A DNA stretch of 40,175 nucleotides, taken from IMG/VR virus record IMGVR_UViG_3300028585_000040, positions 1-40,175 of that record; one strand, 5' to 3'. The translations under genes were made by a program, and so were the position numbers. The notes below the pieces were generated by a model. It was not told the origin of the DNA. It saw nothing but the letters and a program-made list of their open reading frames with translations, and ran no database searches. Shown piece after piece: positions 33,310-40,175 of this stretch (the stretch's first letter is position 1; each line of letters begins with the position of its first letter). The stretch comes from a virus (lineage: Duplodnaviria > Caudoviricetes).

Positions 33310-34289
33310 TGCCGCAGATTGGTTTCGAGGAGCCTGCTGGTTCGATGCTGTACGGGGTGGGTGATGTTGCGCCTGTTGGTGGTGGGTTCTATTCCACTGA
33401 CGGGTTTGTAGCTGATCCTGACCGGGAGGGTTTGTTCTTCACGGGGAAGCTGGCGACGACTGCACCAATTCTGTCGTTCTTGCCGGGTGACCCGGTGGCG
33501 CATGTTGCTCCGCGGGTGGAGATCTTAGGGTTCCTGTTCCCGCCTGCTGCGGTGACAGCGACGTACTACCGGTCGGATGGTTCGCGGACGTGGACTGTTC
33601 GGGGCGGTGTGAACCGGTCTGTGGCTGGCGGTGTCGCTGTTCTGGATTGGGAGGCACCGTTTGGGGTGCCGGTGTCGTACCGGGCGGAGCTGTTCAATGC
33701 GGCTGGTCTGAGCATTGGCTTCACCGATTCGGCGTCGATCACGGTCGTCACGGATGAGGTCTGGGTTCAGCATGTGCTCGAGCCGTCCATTGCGGTGCGG
33801 TGGTCGTTCACGGACCGGGCTCTGGCCGAACTGTCCCGTCCGACTGCCGGCGGTTTTGCGCAGGTTGAGGGGGCGTCGGTTCAGAAGTGGATTGGAAGCC
33901 GGCGCACTGGGCTGGTGCAGGTGAACCTGTCGGGTGTGACCGAGAACTTGGATGACGCCGCGGTGTTCGATTCGATGTTCGGCACGTACGAGCAAGCGCG
34001 TGTACCAATCCTGGTGTTCCGTGCACCCCCTGTCCTGCGGCTCCCGGCGACGTTCATCGCGCAGGTGGAGGTTGTTCGCCAGCCCATGTCGATTGCGACA
34101 GTCCCCGATTTCGATGTGTGGGAATTGGTCGGCACTGAGGTTGAACCGCCTGCTGTGGGCCTGGTTGAGGCAACCCTGACGTGGGATGACCTTGCTGCGG
34201 CGTACGACACGTGGGATGAGGTTGCTGCGGCTTACGGGTCGTGGCTTGATGCGTCGCGTGATTATTCGTTGGCGGGATTGGCGGGTTAG
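33309..34289 (+). CDS. Minor tail protein (distal tail/Dit-like)
   Basis: First gene after the TMP; DWEAPFGVPVSYRAE, TWDDL...TWDEV. Confidence 0.75.
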   Translation: MPQIGFEEPAGSMLYGVGDVAPVGGGFYSTDGFVADPDREGLFFTGKLATTAPILSFLPGDPVAHVAPRVEILGFLFPPAAVTATYYRSDGSRTWTVRGGVNRSVAGGVAVLDWEAPFGVPVSYRAELFNAAGLSIGFTDSASITVVTDEVWVQHVLEPSIAVRWSFTDRALAELSRPTAGGFAQVEGASVQKWIGSRRTGLVQVNLSGVTENLDDAAVFDSMFGTYEQARVPILVFRAPPVLRLPATFIAQVEVVRQPMSIATVPDFDVWELVGTEVEPPAVGLVEATLTWDDLAAAYDTWDEVAAAYGSWLDASRDYSLAGLAG

Positions 34290-35402
34290 GTGCGTCAGTC
34301 GTCGGAGGATCTTAGGCAGGTGTTGGCGGGTGGCGGGTTCCTGAAGTGGTTCACCGCTGACCTGTATTACGCGAAGGAGCGGCGGCTGACGAATGTGCCG
34401 CTGTTCGATGTGCAGATTCGGTGGGATGGGTCGGCTTCTATTCAGGGGTCGATGTCGTGCAAGGTGGCGTATAGCTCGGATTTTGCGGAGTCGGTGTCGC
34501 CTCGTGAGATTGGTGACCTGTTTGCGCCGTTCGGTCCTGAGTTGGCGGTGGTGGCTCATGTGAGTGTGGGCCGGATGGAGTATCAGATTCCGGTGGGTTG
34601 GTTCCGGCTGGTTGATGTCCCGTCAGCAGTAGATTCGTTTGCTGATTTTGCGGGCAGGCAGATCATCACGTCGACTGTTCTCGAGTTGGAGTTGAAGGAC
34701 CGCTTTGTGCTGGTCGATCAAAACCCGTTCGACAATCCGCAGTCAGCGCAGAAGTTGGCGTCGGTGTACGCGGAGTTTTCCCGGGTGACTGGCCTGCCGG
34801 TGACGGTTGGTGTTCCGGATGGTCCGATCACCCGCGCGGTGGCATATGAGGACAACCGTCTAGATGCCGCGTACGAATTGGTGGACGTGCTCGATGCGAC
34901 ACCGGTGATGCTCTCTGATGGGTCGGCGTCGTTCATTCCGAAGGAGTGGCCTGACCCGGTGGATGAGGTTCGGTGGGGTCCGGGCGGCACGCTGGTCTCG
35001 GCACCGACTGGGATGACGTCGAAGGGTGTCTACAACCGGATCGTGTTCAACGGTGAGGCGTCGGACGGGTCAGCGATTTACGCGTTCGCGGAGATCACGT
35101 ACGGCCCGCTGCGGGTTCGCGAACCGGATGGTTCCCCTGGCCCTGCTGGGGTCATTACGAGGCGTGCTGAGTCTGAGTATGTGGTGACGCAGGATCAGGC
35201 TGAGGCGTACGTGAACCGTGACATCGAGCGGACTGCACGGCTCGCTGCCCGTGAGATTCAGGTGGTGGAGACGTTCAATCCGCTGCGTGAGGTCGGGGAC
35301 GTGTTGTGGCTGGAAACACAGTCGGAGCGGCTGATGTGCCGTGTGAAAGACGTGTCGTTTAGCGATGCGACGGAGATGACTGTGGAGGTGTCCAGTGGCT
35401 GA
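34290..35402 (+). CDS. Minor tail protein (baseplate hub/Tal-like)
   Basis: Position; APFGPEL, IPVGWF, VYNRIV, NPLREVGD. Confidence 0.75.
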   Translation: MRQSSEDLRQVLAGGGFLKWFTADLYYAKERRLTNVPLFDVQIRWDGSASIQGSMSCKVAYSSDFAESVSPREIGDLFAPFGPELAVVAHVSVGRMEYQIPVGWFRLVDVPSAVDSFADFAGRQIITSTVLELELKDRFVLVDQNPFDNPQSAQKLASVYAEFSRVTGLPVTVGVPDGPITRAVAYEDNRLDAAYELVDVLDATPVMLSDGSASFIPKEWPDPVDEVRWGPGGTLVSAPTGMTSKGVYNRIVFNGEASDGSAIYAFAEITYGPLRVREPDGSPGPAGVITRRAESEYVVTQDQAEAYVNRDIERTARLAAREIQVVETFNPLREVGDVLWLETQSERLMCRVKDVSFSDATEMTVEVSSG

Positions 35403-36279
35403 GGATGACACCACTGAGCTGACTCGTGCCCTTGCCGATGTGGCGAGGGTTTCTACGTTGCTGGGGAAGATGGTCCGTGTTGAGGGTGCCCGCGCGATTG
35501 TGGACGTGGGTGGCGGGCGTGTGCCGGCGTCGCTACTGGGGGGGCGTATTCCTCGGGCTGGCGATGATGTGCATGTGTGGTTCATGAACGGTAAGCCGTT
35601 CCTGATGGGCGTGTCCACGGTGCAGCCGTTCTCGGGTGTGGTCGCAACGACTGGTGTCGATGTGGTCACGGTCTCTACTGAGTTCGGTGACCTGCCTGGT
35701 GTGCCGTTCCTCGGTGAGCAGCCCTCGTCTGGCGATTTGGTGGGGTTGGCATGGGGCGAGGCCGGCCCGTACGTAATCGGGGTGTCGTCCCTGACCCCCG
35801 ATGATCCGCCTGTCACACCGGACGTACCGAACCCGACCGGTCAGCGCGTGGACGTGTTCACTGCCACCGGGTCAGGGTCTGCGGCTGATGGCCGCAGCTT
35901 CGGCACGTCGACTGGTTCCGTGTACGCCTCGGCATCCCAGATTGGTATTTACACGTACGGGTCGAAGGTCCGTGATTCGTTGGCCGGTGCAGTGCGTGTC
36001 GACCGTGTAGAGATCTACCTCGCAGCGACGCGGGACAGCGGCAACCTTCCCCTCCTCGGCACACACCCTCTCGAGGCCGTTAGTGGCCCGACCCCGGCGA
36101 TCTCAAACCTGCGTCAGATCGCACGCCCGTTTAGCCGCTGGGTGGACATCACCGACCTTGCTGGTGTCCTCCGTGCTGGTGGCGGTGTCGGGTTCAACGG
36201 TGCCGGGTTCGCCATCTTCACGGGCATTGGTTCTGACCCTTCGCAGGCGGGCGCTCTGCGGATCACTTACACAAAATAG
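35395..36279 (+). CDS. Minor tail protein
   Basis: Position; ends GALRITYT. Confidence 0.7.
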   Translation: MAEDDTTELTRALADVARVSTLLGKMVRVEGARAIVDVGGGRVPASLLGGRIPRAGDDVHVWFMNGKPFLMGVSTVQPFSGVVATTGVDVVTVSTEFGDLPGVPFLGEQPSSGDLVGLAWGEAGPYVIGVSSLTPDDPPVTPDVPNPTGQRVDVFTATGSGSAADGRSFGTSTGSVYASASQIGIYTYGSKVRDSLAGAVRVDRVEIYLAATRDSGNLPLLGTHPLEAVSGPTPAISNLRQIARPFSRWVDITDLAGVLRAGGGVGFNGAGFAIFTGIGSDPSQAGALRITYTK

Positions 36280-36288
36280 GAGGCCCGC

Positions 36289-36762
36289 ATGGGGTACACC
36301 AAGGACACGTCGGGTAAGCCGATCTACAACAGCGACATCACCGATCCGGTGGGCCAGTTCCAGGCAGCCGTCGATTATGCGCAGCTTGTCGCTAAGCCGG
36401 TCCGTAAGGTCGCGGCCCTGTCACTGAACAGCAACGGGTACTACAAGGCGATGAATGGTGCCTACCCGCCCACGGTCACTATCCAGGCTGGCCGTGCGTT
36501 CCTCGACGGGACGGTCACGAACACCCTCGCAATCACCTTTGATGCGGGTGCGACGTACACGCTCGGCACTGTCCCTGTTGGGTTCCGTCCGACCGCTGAC
36601 GTGTACGACCAGAAGCGATTCCGTGACACCCGTGCGGTCATCACCATCCAGGCATCTACTGGCGCGATCCTGTTCCTGATTCCTGAGGGCATCACCCTCA
36701 CGACGGCGCAGGTCATCTTCGGTCTCGGCGGCACGTCGTGGCCGGTGGCGCTGGACGCCTGA
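36289..36762 (+). CDS. Small tail tip / receptor-binding-like protein
   Basis: RBS aggagg; TLGTVPVGFRP motif seen in phage fibre tips. Confidence 0.6.
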   Translation: MGYTKDTSGKPIYNSDITDPVGQFQAAVDYAQLVAKPVRKVAALSLNSNGYYKAMNGAYPPTVTIQAGRAFLDGTVTNTLAITFDAGATYTLGTVPVGFRPTADVYDQKRFRDTRAVITIQASTGAILFLIPEGITLTTAQVIFGLGGTSWPVALDA

Positions 36763-37463
36763 TGGCTAACCGTGCAGGCCCCCAGCGTGCCCTTGGGACG
36801 CGCGGGCAGACAATCAACGCCGACGCATGGCCGTACTTCGACGCGCTCCTTCGCGCTGTCGTCAAGGAAACGGGCGCGAACTACGACGACCTCATCACTG
36901 AGGCAACCCGAATCTGGGCGAGACAGAACTACCTGTACGTCAACCGCAACAAGCCCGGGTTCAACCCTGCCTGGCCCCCGGACGACGCACGGGCATTCCA
37001 TGTCGCCGGCAACGCAGTCGACTTCGGTGCCGGTGCCGGTTACCGCGGGACCCCCGTGCAACGAGCCCTCCACCGCATCGGCCCCACGCTCGGCATCTTC
37101 TTCGAGATCAGTAACGAGCTCTGGCACGGTGCCTTCGACAAGACCCGTGCACCCAAAACGATTCCCACCACTGTTGCCGCGAAGACCGCAACCGTCATCA
37201 CTTCTGAGGAGCCAGACATGAAGCTGATTCAGTCCCCCAACCGTGGCATCGGCGTCGTTGGTCCCGGCCACGCGAAGGTGCTCACCCCCGAGGAACTGCC
37301 CTACGCGGTTCGCCGTTACGGCTACCCGTCGTACATCGGAAACGATCGAGAGTTCGACCTTGAGGTTGCTATCCATTCGGGTGGTGTTGTGCCTGCCGCG
37401 GATGCTGCCCAGGCGGCGGCTGTCCTGGCGAAGCTTGAGGAACTGCAGGGCGCTGTTTCTTAG
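36762..37463 (+). CDS. Endolysin, M15-family (VanY-like) Zn peptidase
   Basis: R...RQNYLY, FHVAGNAVDF (H-x6-D), ELWH. Confidence 0.8.
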   Translation: MANRAGPQRALGTRGQTINADAWPYFDALLRAVVKETGANYDDLITEATRIWARQNYLYVNRNKPGFNPAWPPDDARAFHVAGNAVDFGAGAGYRGTPVQRALHRIGPTLGIFFEISNELWHGAFDKTRAPKTIPTTVAAKTATVITSEEPDMKLIQSPNRGIGVVGPGHAKVLTPEELPYAVRRYGYPSYIGNDREFDLEVAIHSGGVVPAADAAQAAAVLAKLEELQGAVS

Positions 37464-37478
37464 CCCGAGGGGGGCATT

Positions 37479-37973
37479 GTGGGTAAGCATTTTGGGTTGG
37501 TCCGCCGCATAGGTAGGGCCACAATTTGGGCACCGGGGGCTATCCCGGTGGAGGAACGAAAATACGCAGGGCCACTCAAACGGGTGGCCCTTCCGCTTTT
37601 GGACGTGCTGCTCATCGTGGGTGGTTTCTACGCGGTCACGTCGGGCATCCCGGCGTTGGACGAACTGCTGCCCGATGACGTGTCCGACTTCCTCGGGTAC
37701 CTGTTCGTCGGGTGCGCCGTCGTCTGCCTCGCCGGCGCAGTGTTCCCGAGGCTGTGGCCGCTCGAGGTAGCCGGGAAGATCCTCGTCGTCTCCATTCTCG
37801 GCATGTATTTCGTCGCACTCCGAACGGTCGACGGCGGCACCCCAACCCGAATGTTTGTCAGTGCCGTTGTCCTGTGGAGCATGGTGCTCCCCATCCTGCG
37901 GCTCTGGTGGCTGGGTGCTGAATACGGTGCCCGCCACATGGATGAGCGGCGGGCCAGGAAGGTTATTCGATGA
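37479..37973 (+). CDS. Lysis-cassette membrane protein (~4 TM)
   Basis: Four hydrophobic segments; follows the lysin. Confidence 0.75.
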   Translation: MGKHFGLVRRIGRATIWAPGAIPVEERKYAGPLKRVALPLLDVLLIVGGFYAVTSGIPALDELLPDDVSDFLGYLFVGCAVVCLAGAVFPRLWPLEVAGKILVVSILGMYFVALRTVDGGTPTRMFVSAVVLWSMVLPILRLWWLGAEYGARHMDERRARKVIR

Positions 37974-38410
37974 TCCCGGCTTGGGTGCAGCTTCTTGGTA
38001 GTGGTGGCGCGGGTGCCCTCATTTTGGGTGTCCTGGTGTTCGTCGCGACTCGGAAGAAGGATGCTGCAACCGACAGCAATGACCGGTTCCAGACGTCGAT
38101 GGACATCACCAATCTGGTGCGTGAGGAAGTGGAGAAGGCAACCCGTCCACTCATCGACCGTATCAAGGCGCTTGAGTCGGGGATGCTGACGTCCCGCACG
38201 ATCTTGTACGCCCACTTTCAGCGGCTGTCGTGGTGGGACGAACGCGGCAGGCCCGGTCCACTGCCCCTGCCTGAGGACAAGGACTTCGAGGCGTTGGGCA
38301 TAGACCCGAACATGTTTGAGACAACGGTGGAGCGTGCTGTGGCTACGGCTGCGGTGAGCGAGCTGCGCCGGCACCAGACCGAGACAACTACTACGGAGGA
38401 TGAATCATGA
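37970..38410 (+). CDS. Lysis-cassette membrane protein (1 TM + coiled coil)
   Basis: LLGSGGAGALILGVLVFVA followed by a soluble domain. Confidence 0.7.
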   Translation: MIPAWVQLLGSGGAGALILGVLVFVATRKKDAATDSNDRFQTSMDITNLVREEVEKATRPLIDRIKALESGMLTSRTILYAHFQRLSWWDERGRPGPLPLPEDKDFEALGIDPNMFETTVERAVATAAVSELRRHQTETTTTEDES

Positions 38411-38664
38411 GCCATGTCCAGATCGACCCTGTGAAGGTCACCCTTGTGCGTGTGTGGTCGGACCTGTCGAGGAAGCTGCTTGCGTTCCTGGCGACGGGCC
38501 TGACCTCGACCGGGGTGATTGCCGTTCTGGCTTACGCAGGTGTGCACATTGAGCCGAGCCTTGCAACGCTGATCGTGACTGTCCTGTCGGGTGCTGCTGG
38601 GTACCTCGTCAAGGAGGTCGCTGTCGTGGAGCGTTCCGAGCTCGAGGTCATTGACCAGCCGTAA
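38407..38664 (+). CDS. Holin-like protein (2 TM)
   Basis: 85 aa, two TM segments, AAGYLVKE. Confidence 0.7.
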   Translation: MSHVQIDPVKVTLVRVWSDLSRKLLAFLATGLTSTGVIAVLAYAGVHIEPSLATLIVTVLSGAAGYLVKEVAVVERSELEVIDQP

Positions 38665-38687
38665 CCGCTTCCTCTACCCCAAGTTTC

Positions 38688-38714
38688 TGCCGCCTCAGGG
38701 CGGCTTTTCTGTTT
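38688..38714 (+). terminator. Intrinsic terminator after the lysis cassette
   Basis: gccgcc-tcag-ggcggc-ttttctgttt. Confidence 0.7.
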
Positions 38715-38733
38715 AACCCGAAAGGCAACCCTG

Positions 38734-40175
38734 ATGGTCACACGACTCGTAGGTGCAGACAACGTAACCGGGAAACTGCCCGATGTAGTCATCACTGAAC
38801 TCGCTGCCCGATTCCCCAGCAAGACTGCCTCGTACACCAAATCGGAGGCAGACAGCCGATTCGCTCCGATTGGGGCGGCGGGGGGCGGTGTAGCTCAGCA
38901 GCGTTTCGACACCGCTGGTGAAGCACTGGCGGCAAAGCTCGAGATGGGGGCTGGCGGCGACATTGTGATGACCCTGCTCAGCGATTCGACTGGCGGGCCC
39001 GACAATGGCTGGTATCGACTTTGGGCTGAGCAGATCGCAGCCACCCACCCGAAACTGCATGTCGACTACCGACTGTGGGACGACGCATCCCAGGCGTACG
39101 CGGCACCCATCGTCCTGCAGGCAGGCACCGGGTATGTCCCCGCGACTGGCGTCTAGGACTCCTTTAACCGGACATCCACCTCTCTGAACCAGCAGCAGCC
39201 CGAAGTGGGCGGCATCTGGAACGGTCCCCCTGGGGTCTTTTCGCTCAACGGTTCTCGGGCTGTCGTCGGCGCATCCGTGGGAGAGATTGTCAGTGACGGT
39301 GGCGTGGCTGGAAGCGGAACGGCTAAGGCCAGCGGAGTCATCTTCAACATGACGCCGCCCGCGTCGGGTCTGAAGCAGTTCAAGGTGTTCCCGAAGTACC
39401 TGTCTTCGACGAATCACATCTACCTTCTGGTGCAGCTCTCGTCTACAGGCGTCGTCGCTTGGCAGGTTCTCAAGCGGATCAACGGAACTGTGACTGTGGT
39501 GTTCACCGGCGAAAACTTCGCTTACACCGCCAACGCGGACAACACTCTCGAAATGAGCATCACCATTTCGGGCCTCACCGTGACCGCTTCGATCAACGAA
39601 AAGTCTGGAACCGGGCAGCTTGTCCAGGCTGATCTTGACGCCTTGGCGTCGGCAACGCTGGTTGGTCTTGGGACTGCCGGCGCAACTGTTCCGACCGGGC
39701 TGAGCGTGGACTCGTTCTCGTACGTTCCGGAAGGGTCTGTCTCGTCCGGGCAGAAGCTCACCGTTTACAACGGCACCCAGGGCGGGACGACTTTCGCGTA
39801 TCAGGCTGCACGTCTGGCGAAAATGATCCCGGTGCGCCCCGACGTCGTGTTCCTAAGCTCGAGCCACAACTACTTGGACGCGACTGCCACTGCGTACGTG
39901 AATGAGGTCACGCAGCTTGTCTCTTCGATCCGATCTCTGTACCCCAGTGTGGGCGTCACAGTGTCTTCGCAGAACCCCAGGTTTACGCCCGCGGTAAGCA
40001 TCAAGCCTCATGCCGAACGACTGGTTGCCCTGCGCATTCTGGCTCTGCAGAACGGGTGGGGGTATCTGCCCGTCTATGAGGCTTACTCCGTCAAGTCGGA
40101 CGGCGGGCAGTCGCTTGTCCTGTCGGATGGTGTCCACCCGAACACAGAAGGTCGGGTGGTTTGGTACAAGGTGGC
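38734..40175 (+). pseudogene. SGNH/GDSL esterase with inserted beta-sandwich domain, split by one in-frame TAG (39154-39156); ends at 59 after the wrap
   Basis: Block I LLSDST before the TAG; SHN and DGVHPN after it, all in one frame; 494 aa if read through. Confidence 0.8.
40160..40175. repeat. Terminal direct repeat, copy 2
   Basis: Identical to 1-16. Confidence 0.95.

Noticed and set aside
22323-37937. Long reverse-strand ORFs (e.g. 22323-23597, 33525-34559, 36462-37937)
   Set aside because: They are antisense shadows of well-supported structural genes, expected in high-GC DNA, and show no motifs
1-40175. Genome-wide stop-codon reassignment, DGR, retron or known defence system
   Set aside because: TAG, TAA and TGA all end confidently called genes; I recognised no reverse transcriptase, TR/VR pair, methyltransferase or toxin-antitoxin motif

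Overview
A complete, circularly permuted ~40.16 kb genome of a temperate, high-GC actinobacterial siphovirus; the host is probably in Microbacteriaceae, which is an inference from gene style and the tRNA-Lys att core. The last 16 nt repeat the first 16 nt and one ORF reads through the junction, so the contig is a closed circle. It carries a single att core (3' half of tRNA-Lys(CTT)), consistent with an intact attP. Gene order: LexA-box accessory genes; attP and tyrosine integrase; an immunity region with five XRE-type HTH genes and phased 10-bp operators; an early operon; recombination/replication genes (YqaJ-type exonuclease, RusA, GIY-YIG, Rep with ori repeats, HNH, SSB); a late promoter with a long structured leader; a collagen-like fibre; HNH, terminase, portal and capsid; a tail with a -1 frameshift chaperone; a lysis cassette; and an SGNH esterase interrupted by one in-frame TAG. 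The strongest candidates for undescribed biology are: (i) a LexA-controlled gene pair that may induce a phage whose repressor has no self-cleavage domain; (ii) a distributed, 21-bp-phased operator network driving several repressor paralogues; (iii) two tRNA-like mini-structures in the early operon; (iv) a ~500-nt structured RNA directly after the late promoter. All calls come from reading motifs by eye; no database searches or folding programs were run.
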